DNA of 64,000 bases, from contig AP024664.1 in assembly GCA_024346625.1 (NCBI GenBank), positions 2,976,001-3,040,000 on the forward strand, in the 5' to 3' direction. The stretch comes from Williopsis jadinii. Lineage: Eukaryota. Below are positions 54,439-64,000 of this stretch, in pieces. The translations under genes and the position numbers were made by a program. Positions within the stretch are counted from its first letter, which is position 1, and every line of letters begins with the position of its first letter. The notes beneath the pieces are model-generated. The model was not told the origin of the DNA. It saw nothing but the letters and a program-made list of their open reading frames with translations, and ran no database searches.

Positions 54439-57400
54439 TTATTGTTGATACTTCTCCCAGTTATCAAGAACATCCTTGATCTTATCGGACTTGGTCAACG
54501 CATAGACATCCTCAAAGTATTCCTTGGTGACAGCAAATGGCTTAGCAGTCAAGTTTGGAATATACTTGCCAATCAACTTATCAGTCTTGACGTTCTCCTT
54601 CAAGATGTTCTTCTCCAAGAACTTCTTGAATGGCTTAACACCATTTCTCAAGTAACTGGAGTGGAATGGAACTGAGATACCACGAAGTGGAATACATGCG
54701 AAACCTCTCTCTAACTCAATTGGTTGTGGCTTAGCAAGTGACTTTTTGGAAATCTCATCAATAATCTCATTCAAGTGCTCCTCAACCTTTTCAATTGACA
54801 TGGACTCTCTCAATTTGGAGATGTCGATCTTTTGGAGTTTGATAAAGTTCAAAACGTTTGTCAAAGTGTCCAACCCACGCAGGTCACCAGCGGTAACATA
54901 TTGCTGGTTCTCAACGTTGAAGTTAACAATTTCACACAACCACTCTGTTCTCTTGCCCACTGCATCAACAACAAAGGTCAAAGCCTCATGGTTGAAGGTT
55001 GGGGAGATTCTCGATGGGTTGACGGCAATCATACCATAGTTGGATCTTCCCAAAGAATCTCTTGGAACAGCAACTTGCATGGTCATACCTCTGTAGAACA
55101 CAATCTCCACAAGGGACTCAATAGACATAACCTCAGCGAGAGAAGCCAAAGAAGCATATTCACCCAAAGAGTGACCAGCAAAGATACAATCAGCTGGAAT
55201 TAAGCCTTTAGCCTTCAAATCCTCGAAGGAAGCCTTTTCCATCAACGTCAATGCAGGTTGTGTAAACTGAGTGGCAGAGATCAAACCACCTGGGTTCTTG
55301 AATGTGAAAGAAGTAGTCTTCTCATCAATCTCCTTGAAGATCTTTTCAGAGACAATGGCACCATCAACAAGAGTTTCAAATGTCATCTTGGTGTAGTTTT
55401 CTCTAATGGCTCTACCCTTTTCACCACCAAAGTGAATAGTCAACTCGCTTGGGTTGTTCTTCACAATATCAATGATAGAGAAACCATAGGTGTTCAAGAA
55501 ATGAACGTCGGCTCTGTCCCAAACGTTTCTTGCAACCTCGGACTTCTCGTACAGGTCCATACCCATACCTTGCTCTTGAGAACCTTGACCAGTGAAGACG
55601 AAAGTAGTCACTGGCTGGTCAATCTCTGCTTCACCCGTCAGAACAATGTCACCATTCTCGTTCACAGTTTCAACCTTGATGATCTTACGACCATTGATCA
55701 TACCGACGTGTTCCAAGCGTGTAGTCAGTGTGTCATTTGGCAAAACCATACCAACAAAGTTGACAGAGAATGCACGAACTCTGTGGGAAGCAGAATCAGC
55801 AGCCCAAGATTCGACAATGGCACGCACAGCAGCACTTGAGTACATACCATGAGTAATAGTTCCTGGCAAGTTGGCATATCTGGAGAACACACGAGAAACG
55901 TGGATAGGGTTGTAGTCACCAGAGACAACAGCATATGGTTCGTTGGTACCTGGAGCACGAGCTTCAACACTAGTGATTGGAATGCTATTCTCGAACTTGA
56001 CACTCTGTTCGATGGTGGTACCGTTTCTAGTCAAGTAATCAACAACTGGGTTACCGTGTGACTCACCGGCTTCATAATCAACAGAACCAATTTGGATAAT
56101 TTCCTTGGTTGGAAGTTCAAGCAAGACCTTACCACTAGACTTGACAGAGTTGAAGATGGTCTTGTTCTTATATGTCAATTCAGTTTCAAGCTCGAAAGTC
56201 AAGGTTTCGTTCAACAAGTCCACATCCTTCTCCAATTCAAACCACTCCTTAGATTTCAAAACAGCAATGTCCTTTGCTGACTTGATGTGGAGTTGGAATG
56301 GGGCTTCAGTGATCTTGGAGAAAGTATTCTCAAAGTCGTTGTATTCGCCTCTGTAGAAGAATGAGGAAGCAACTTCAAGAACTGGTTCGCCCTTTCTAGA
56401 AACAACACCAACCACTTCCACAACCTTACCGTTCTCCTGGTTAATCACAGATCTGATTTCAGCAACAGAAGAGACAACATCTCCCTTAGCCAATGGAGCA
56501 GCACCTGGGTACATTTTGTACGAGTTAGAGAGGTGAACCAATCTCAACAAATCACCATCAACGGTCTTAGGGAAGATAGCTTTGATGATTGATTGCCAAC
56601 CGACAACAATGGCAAAGTCCATAGGTGCCAATTGCTTTCTACCAGATCTGGAAACGAAATCCTCACACTTGTTACCGACAGCGTGAGTGAACTCGGCAAT
56701 ATCCTTGCCAGTAATGGTGATCTCGTCACCTGGAATTGGCTTGTGAACATCAATGTCAAGGTTGAATGGCTCATTGAACCACAGCTTCCAGTAGAACTCC
56801 TTGATACGATCGTTACGATTCTCAGTGATCTCAATGATAGGAGCAAATCCATCTTCAGGGTTGAACTTGTAAAGAAGTGGAAGAGCAACAGACTCCCTCT
56901 TGACGTTTCTATGCTCGATCAATGACAACTCAATAGTAGTGGCATCCAAAGCCTTCAAAGTGACGACTGGTTGAAGCTTGCCCTGAATTGGCTCAGAGAC
57001 AGTCAAAACTGTCTTTGATGGTTCGTCTGGGTTGACAATCTCAACAACGACACCCTTAGCTGGAGCCAAAACTTGAGTTGCTGGGTTGGAAACAAAGTTG
57101 TGGCCTTGAACAACACGGTGTGTGGAAATAAATGCATGTCTCCATGAACGCTTTGGACCGGCCAACAACTTAAACCACTCCGCAGGATCAGTAGAGTTGG
57201 AAGCAGTGTATATAACCTTGTTACCAGATTCAACTGCATCATACTTCACAGAAACAGGCTCCTCTCCACCAAAGTACTCAACAACTGGGATCTTGGAAGC
57301 ATCACCACCATAACGGTCCTTAACTAACTTCTGGATGTGACCCTCGTGAATACCATCCAAAATGGACTTGACTGGCTCATCAACATCGTTGGTGAATTGA

Positions 57401-60400
57401 GCAGCAACAGGACCATGCAAGATACATGTTCTTTGGACATCTTGATCGACAACAGCCTCCAAGTCTTCAGATTGCCACAATGAATCCTTCTTGAAGAAGA
57501 CTTCAAATCTCGAATCCAACACAGGAACGAATGGAACTGGCTTCTGAACTGGGTTGGTACACAATGTCAAGAAATAGTCAATATCTTGTTGGTTGATCAA
57601 CTGGGTCTTAGCACCTGGGTAGGCAGCAAAGACAGTCTCAATAGCCTCGTCTGGGTTCTCCAAAGCAGTGAAGGATGGCAAGACAGAAGTGGTGACCTGA
57701 GTGGTGAAACGTTCCTCAACACGACGCAAGAAGGTACCAGTGCAGTTTCTCAAAGAAACATCAATCCATCTCTTGGAGCCTCTAACATACATAAGTTCAA
57801 CCATTCTCTTTGCGATTTGCTCATAAGTCAAATCTTGGAGATCGTAAACCTTACCATCAATAGTGGAGAACCATGGCTTTTGGAAATCATCGTTCAACTT
57901 CTTGATGATATAGTCCTTCTTCTTATCCAAAGCATCTTGGAGTTTGTTCTTTGGCAAGTTGAAAATGGTGTTGTCCATCTCGTGCCACAACATAACACCA
58001 CGTGTAGCCAGTTTGTGAATTGGCTCGCCCATCTCGGATCTGACAGTGATGATACCACCTGTTGGCTTCTTGTACGTTTGCTCCCATTGAGAGTCTGGAA
58101 CACCAGGAGCTGCAGCAATGGCCTTCTTAGCATCTGGAGAAGTGAATGCCTCTTTGGCAATCATAACTCTAGAACCGGTCAAAACACCATCAAATGGCAT
58201 TGGTGGGTAGTTGAACTTAGCAGACCACTCACCAGTCAAGTATGGGTACGTATCCTCGGCAGAACCAAACCCTGAACCGGCAATCAAAGAGATATTTGGA
58301 CATCTTCTAATCTTAGAGTACATTTGCAAGATTGGTGCATGGAAGTCTTCAAAAGAGTGGTGACCACCACCACGACCACCGGTCCATTGCAAGACGATTG
58401 GGAAAGTTGGATGGGCTTTGGCAATGGCAATGGCTTGAGAGATGGATTCAACAGAACCTGGCTTCAAACCCAAATGAGTCAAACCAAGAGTCTCAATGTA
58501 CTCAGTGGCAACCTCCAAAGATGGGACACCGGCACCAATGGTCAAAGATTGGATTGGGAATCCCTTTTGTCTCAATTCACCAATCAACGGAATACCCCAT
58601 TGCAACATTCTTGGGTTGACATAGATCAAGTTGATACCGATACCAGTACCGGCTGGAACTTGAGCAGAAACCTTCTCCAAAGCATCAGTGAAGGTCTTTG
58701 GGTCAAAGTAACCACCACCTGCAATTTCAATGTGGTAACCAGCGTTCAAAGTAGCAGCAACAAAGTCTGGGTGAACAGTGGTTGGAGTCATACCTGGAAC
58801 CAAGATTGGGGCTCTACCGAGAAGTCTGGAAAACTTGGTATCAACGTAAACCTTACCACCCTTAGTCTTCACCAATTTTGGTTGGTACTCAAGTAACCAG
58901 TTTTGGGCAAACTTAACATTGTCGTTCAAGTCGAACAATTCCTGCTTGTAACCAAACTCATCATCAATGGAGTTATCCAAGACACCAGCAATGATGACAC
59001 GAACACCCGTACCATCCTTGTTACGGTGAGTCAAAACACCAAGACCAGAAGCACCACCTGGACCAAAGTCAACCAAGTGGGTAGCCTCGAATTGAGTGGC
59101 CAACTCCCAGTTGACTGGCAACTTGGTGATAAGCAAGTTCAATCTGTTAATAACAGAACCCTTGAAGTCACGCAAATCAGTACCGTCAAATGTGTCGTAA
59201 ACAGGAATCTTCAAGTCGGATTGTTTGAATTCCAAGCCTTCTCTTTGCAAATCTTCTTCAACTAAATCGAATGCATCAGCGAGCAGATGACAATGGAAAG
59301 GAGAGGTAATTGGTAAGAATCTGTTAGAGAATTTGAGTTTTCTCTCAGAGTAAGGGATTCTAGCCTGGTCCAAACCAGCAGGTGCCTTAGCCTTTCTCAA
59401 AGTCAAGTTAAAACCGTAAAGAGACTGTGGAGGACCAGAGACAACCAAGTTTCTAGCACCGTTGACCAATGAAATAGCAATGTGCTTCTCCTTTGGCAAG
59501 TGAGCGTTGGTTTGATCAACAAAGTCTTGAACCTGTTCCTTAGTCAGGTCTCTCACCGACAACATTGGGTATGGATTACCTTCACCGTTTTCGATAGAAT
59601 CCTCCAAGATTGAAGGTGGAAGTGCGGTGTTTGGATAAACTTGGTAACAACGGACACCAATGTAGAACATGAAAGCGATGGACTTGTTCAATGACTCGAT
59701 AAAGGATTCCCAGGAATCAGCCTCGGCAATTGCCAAAGCGATTGTCAAACCTTGGGAATGACCGGTTGCACCAGAAAAGTAACTTCTCAACTCACCTGGA
59801 GTCATTCCGAGGACTCTGGCAGTGATGGCATAGTGAGCCAATTGGATGACACAGATCAAAGGACAAGACACTGGAATCGACAGCAAATATTCACTGGATG
59901 GGGTCTTCTCAGGGTTCTGTAACCAAGTGATAAGGTCTGAACCTTGTGTATAAATCTTCTCAGTATCTGGAGTGGCTCTGACCAGATCGTTCAGCTTATC
60001 GGCCGCGGCCTTGATGATATCAGCAACCAAGCCACCGTAGATGTTGTAGAGCTCTCTGAGCTCTTCAAAGTAGTCCTCGGTATTACCTTGACCACCGAAG
60101 ATGGCCACCAATTTGGCCTCATTGTTCAAGACCGATCTGAACAGTGCCGAGTCGTACTTCTTGAATGGCTTGTTGCTGGCCAATCTGGCAGCAAAGTAGT
60201 GCTTGACAACAACCTTAGCCTTTTCCAGGGTAGTCGGATACTCCTCGGATGTCAACAACCCTGAAGCCACTGTGTGGACGTCATTACCGTTCAAGTACGT
60301 GGCCTCGAACTCTGAGAGGACGAGGGCCAACACCTGGTCGAACTGACCCGAGACGTTAGGGTCAATGAGTCCCGCGATGTAGCCCAGGAAGCCAGCCAAC

Positions 60401-60603
60401 AGCTCTGTTGGAGAGCTTGGCTCATCTTCACCTGCAAAGCCCTCTGTGACCTCAGGCAATTGCTTCTGGAACTGTTCTTTCAGTTCAGAGGCGACAAAGA
60501 GCAAGTTTGTTGGCACCAACAAGGTATACTCGATGGAGCCGTGGGACAGCGTCAGCGGTCTCAACGACGAGTTGGTGTAGTTTGGAGTGAGAGCGCCCGT
60601 CAT
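54439..60603 (-). CDS. FAS1: Fatty acid synthase beta subunit
   Basis: [47 protein letters not shown]. Confidence 0.98.
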   Translation of the reverse strand: MTGALTPNYTNSSLRPLTLSHGSIEYTLLVPTNLLFVASELKEQFQKQLPEVTEGFAGEDEPSSPTELLAGFLGYIAGLIDPNVSGQFDQVLALVLSEFEATYLNGNDVHTVASGLLTSEEYPTTLEKAKVVVKHYFAARLASNKPFKKYDSALFRSVLNNEAKLVAIFGGQGNTEDYFEELRELYNIYGGLVADIIKAAADKLNDLVRATPDTEKIYTQGSDLITWLQNPEKTPSSEYLLSIPVSCPLICVIQLAHYAITARVLGMTPGELRSYFSGATGHSQGLTIALAIAEADSWESFIESLNKSIAFMFYIGVRCYQVYPNTALPPSILEDSIENGEGNPYPMLSVRDLTKEQVQDFVDQTNAHLPKEKHIAISLVNGARNLVVSGPPQSLYGFNLTLRKAKAPAGLDQARIPYSERKLKFSNRFLPITSPFHCHLLADAFDLVEEDLQREGLEFKQSDLKIPVYDTFDGTDLRDFKGSVINRLNLLITKLPVNWELATQFEATHLVDFGPGGASGLGVLTHRNKDGTGVRVIIAGVLDNSIDDEFGYKQELFDLNDNVKFAQNWLLEYQPKLVKTKGGKVYVDTKFSRLLGRAPILVPGMTPTTVHPDFVAATLNAGYHIEIAGGGYFDPKTFTDALEKVSAQVPAGTGIGINLIYVNPRMLQWGIPLIGELRQKGFPIQSLTIGAGVPSLEVATEYIETLGLTHLGLKPGSVESISQAIAIAKAHPTFPIVLQWTGGRGGGHHSFEDFHAPILQMYSKIRRCPNISLIAGSGFGSAEDTYPYLTGEWSAKFNYPPMPFDGVLTGSRVMIAKEAFTSPDAKKAIAAAPGVPDSQWEQTYKKPTGGIITVRSEMGEPIHKLATRGVMLWHEMDNTIFNLPKNKLQDALDKKKDYIIKKLNDDFQKPWFSTIDGKVYDLQDLTYEQIAKRMVELMYVRGSKRWIDVSLRNCTGTFLRRVEERFTTQVTTSVLPSFTALENPDEAIETVFAAYPGAKTQLINQQDIDYFLTLCTNPVQKPVPFVPVLDSRFEVFFKKDSLWQSEDLEAVVDQDVQRTCILHGPVAAQFTNDVDEPVKSILDGIHEGHIQKLVKDRYGGDASKIPVVEYFGGEEPVSVKYDAVESGNKVIYTASNSTDPAEWFKLLAGPKRSWRHAFISTHRVVQGHNFVSNPATQVLAPAKGVVVEIVNPDEPSKTVLTVSEPIQGKLQPVVTLKALDATTIELSLIEHRNVKRESVALPLLYKFNPEDGFAPIIEITENRNDRIKEFYWKLWFNEPFNLDIDVHKPIPGDEITITGKDIAEFTHAVGNKCEDFVSRSGRKQLAPMDFAIVVGWQSIIKAIFPKTVDGDLLRLVHLSNSYKMYPGAAPLAKGDVVSSVAEIRSVINQENGKVVEVVGVVSRKGEPVLEVASSFFYRGEYNDFENTFSKITEAPFQLHIKSAKDIAVLKSKEWFELEKDVDLLNETLTFELETELTYKNKTIFNSVKSSGKVLLELPTKEIIQIGSVDYEAGESHGNPVVDYLTRNGTTIEQSVKFENSIPITSVEARAPGTNEPYAVVSGDYNPIHVSRVFSRYANLPGTITHGMYSSAAVRAIVESWAADSASHRVRAFSVNFVGMVLPNDTLTTRLEHVGMINGRKIIKVETVNENGDIVLTGEAEIDQPVTTFVFTGQGSQEQGMGMDLYEKSEVARNVWDRADVHFLNTYGFSIIDIVKNNPSELTIHFGGEKGRAIRENYTKMTFETLVDGAIVSEKIFKEIDEKTTSFTFKNPGGLISATQFTQPALTLMEKASFEDLKAKGLIPADCIFAGHSLGEYASLASLAEVMSIESLVEIVFYRGMTMQVAVPRDSLGRSNYGMIAVNPSRISPTFNHEALTFVVDAVGKRTEWLCEIVNFNVENQQYVTAGDLRGLDTLTNVLNFIKLQKIDISKLRESMSIEKVEEHLNEIIDEISKKSLAKPQPIELERGFACIPLRGISVPFHSSYLRNGVKPFKKFLEKNILKENVKTDKLIGKYIPNLTAKPFAVTKEYFEDVYALTKSDKIKDVLDNWEKYQQ

Positions 60604-60614
60604 GGTCAACTGTG

Positions 60615-60673
60615 CTATACGTGGCTCTGTTAGTACGGATCAAAAGTGCGGCGTATGGGTGTTGCACACTTAC
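60615..60673 (-). other. Predicted 5'-UTR intron of FAS1
   Basis: GTAAGT at 60673, TACTAAC 60635-60629, TAG ending 60615 (alternative CAG ending 60610), 11 nt before the ATG. Confidence 0.8.
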
Positions 60674-61292
60674 CGCTCGTTACTGTTTATGTGTGTGTAG
60701 ACTGGAGCAAAGGGCAGGAGCCGGCGGGTTTGACGGTGACGATATTCAGCGCTTTTCAATGGTATGGCCCGGTGCAAATAGACAAGCTCAGTCAGGCAGC
60801 AGAGAATAAGGAATCGAACAACGAAGAGTGTTAGCAGCGGTGTGGTGTGTGGTGTAAGCTAATCCTCCTTCGGGCTCGGTATCAACACTTGTTTCTTCTC
60901 AGTAAAGGCCGGGTCACTCGAATAACTCAGCGGTCGTTTTCAGAGATAGCAGAAGTCAAGTGGAACAGGTCTAAGCACGCAATTGGCGGATCCCCGTATA
61001 GTTCTCTTTATATAAGTCAAACCTCTTGATGGAAAAGTATCAGAGAAAGGGAAAATGATCAACAACGTCAACCTTTTTTTTGTTGGCGATGGGATGCATA
61101 TTATTGGGTTCGCTATCCTAAGCGTACGCGTCCCTTCTACGCGGGAAAAAGTGCTCTGTACCGTACAAAACAACAGCGTGCGCGAGCCCATGGCCGTGGT
61201 TTTGGCGCCTGTGGTTACCACAGCGGTTTTTCTGTTGACGTTGGCTCCAACTTTTTTGGGCTGTTCCGCGTTGGAAATCGGTTGGATCCTCC

Positions 61293-61317
61293 AAAAAAAA
61301 AAAAAAAAAAAAAAAAA
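61293..61317 (+). repeat. Poly(dA) tract, 25 nt
   Basis: Direct read; upstream of the FAS1 TATA element near 61008-61015. Confidence 0.95.
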
Positions 61318-61719
61318 GACATAGAATGGCTCACGGGGACGGGGACGGGAGAGGCGAGAGGAGCGGTCCTCAGTGAGTGGGATCGCAAGTGTGTGTTTCT
61401 ACTGTGTTTCTACTGTGTTTTACGTGGAATTGTGCTGTTGTATGGGTTTTGATACGTCTATTTCCCCCTTCAGCTGAGATGGCTAGCGGTTTTAGAGCCA
61501 ATTGGCGTGTGTGTGTTGTACTTTCGCGCAGCCCATCCCCCTTGTTGAAAATGTTGGGCCGTTGGCCGTTGGGGGACACACAGACCACCGCGGGGCCAAA
61601 GCCGCTTCAACAACGGCGTGTTGCTTTGTTTCTTTTTCTTGAGGGCCTGAGCCATTGGGGCCTGCTCCAATGGGCCATTGGGAATTGGCAATGGGGCGGG
61701 CCAATTCGCTGGAGGCGAA

Positions 61720-61795
61720 GTGCGTGTGGTGCGTGTAGTGTGTGTAGTGTGTGTAGTGTGTGTAGTGTGTGTACCATGTGTCGTGTGTGTACCAT
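61720..61795. repeat. GTGTGTGTA-type 9-bp microsatellite
   Basis: About six imperfect copies plus a GTGTGTGTACCAT duplication. Confidence 0.9.
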
Positions 61796-62273
61796 ATCCG
61801 ACACAACTAGCACACCTGGCACACATAGTGCATCTACCACAACTACCACACGTAGTAGGCTGCTCAACTGTGTACACCACGATTACTTCCACCAGGCATA
61901 ATTGTCCGGCCATCAGACACGTCTCCACTCCCAGTCGCCTACAGCCAGGCCAACCCATCCCAGGCCATAACGGTACACGCCACAACGTTACAGACCACAA
62001 CGTTACAGACCACAACGGCACAAATATACGCCACTATGCTCGTTTTTCGGTAAATTCACCGCAGCAACGCGAGATTGACACATGTTTCGTCCCAAAACAG
62101 AAACATTCCTGTTTGGGACATTTCCCAATGTTTACTTTTCCCTCTTACAATGTCGCAGAGACAGTGATGGCTCACTTCGTTCATGGAACCACCGATGTAA
62201 AGCGCTTTACTAATGCTTATATTGGAAGGGCAGAAGCTTTCTATGTACACAGGATATAAACAGAGCCACAGCT

Positions 62274-63326
<1,053 letters not shown>

Positions 63327-63741
63327 TCACAATTGAAACGTCACAGATGAAGCATTGATTGTTCTCGTATATAGAGCTGTGTTGCAAGATATCAACTAGT
63401 CACATGGAGCTGTTCAAGGACTGTGCACCGTGTAGAGTTTACAATGCCTTGTCATGAGAGATGAGGCAGCTCGTTCCTCAGTTCATGTTAATCTGATACA
63501 CTTTGCCCTTTTGGTATAGAATAATGGTGATGGGAAAGCCTGCCATCTTTCTTCACGTGTCCGCATTTATAGAAGGCCTCACCGTGGTATATCGACTTGA
63601 CAACGTTGTGTAGCATCGATGTGTCATTCACGTTGCAGATGCGTTATGAATGCTGTTTATGTGCTCCCACACAGAGTGAGCGATGTGTGTATATAACGGC
63701 GTATGGTTCTACGGTAGTACTCAGTGCTTTCGTTGGCATAA

Positions 63742-63793
63742 GACCACAATCCTGGACCACAATACTGGACCACAATCCTGGCCAACAATACAG
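63742..63793. repeat. 13-bp tandem repeat GACCACAAT(C/A)CTG x3 plus a degenerate fourth
   Basis: Direct read. Confidence 0.9.
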
Positions 63794-64000
63794 ATATCAA
63801 GCGTAAGATGTCTACTTCAATCATCTTCAGATTCAACGTCAACAATGTCGTAGGATTAGGGAAGAGGCAATTCCCCAAACTCCAGAATCAAGCTGTCTCA
63901 GGCCAGGCTAAAGCACCTTTTAGGCTGAACGGTCAGAGCGTGGGCTCCAACAAAACTGTCAGACAGAGACACACCAGTCAGAACCTCGTCAGTGTTCCAC

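Noticed and set aside
54442..60264. Numerous long plus-strand ORFs (up to 229 aa) opposite FAS1
   Set aside because: Antisense shadows expected from strong codon bias of a highly expressed gene; no recognisable motifs
60830..60836. Second branch-like TGCTAAC upstream of FAS1
   Set aside because: No consensus donor upstream and no nearby YAG acceptor
61377..62259. Several 100-190 aa ORFs upstream of FAS1
   Set aside because: Open only because of stop-free microsatellites; translations are low-complexity
63742..63793. Short repeats as a CRISPR array
   Set aside because: No unique spacers, too short, eukaryotic context

Overview
This is gene-dense budding-yeast (Saccharomycotina) chromosomal DNA. 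Short GT-AG introns with TACTAAC branch points and S. cerevisiae-like synteny suggest a pre-WGD lineage, possibly Phaffomycetaceae/Cyberlindnera-like (inference). Most genes are orthologues of the S. cerevisiae YLR397-YLR412 / YDL063-YDL077 block: UBC9, SYO1, AFG2, SKI2, BDF1, BRE1, AHK1, SEI1, SFP1, YET3, DUS3, DUS4, RPL31, RXT3, GAG1, BLS1, VAM6, UTP21, VIP1 and BER1, followed by PRS1, FAS1 and COQ5. The ORF track misses several features: a three-exon 83-aa ECM19-like gene, a spliced first exon of a Nup37-like gene, a 5'-UTR intron in FAS1, and a box C/D snoRNA (snR63 orthologue, guide for 25S Am2256). That snoRNA sits inside the intron of an apparently non-coding host transcript with its own Tbf1/RRPE promoter. 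A ~7 kb accessory island between SEI1 and SFP1 carries a bacterial-luciferase-like monooxygenase with a palindromic promoter element and an orphan GPI surface protein with an apparently duplicated N-terminal domain. No tRNA, rRNA, CRISPR array or recognisable transposon was seen. Gene names come from recalled motifs and synteny, not from database searches.
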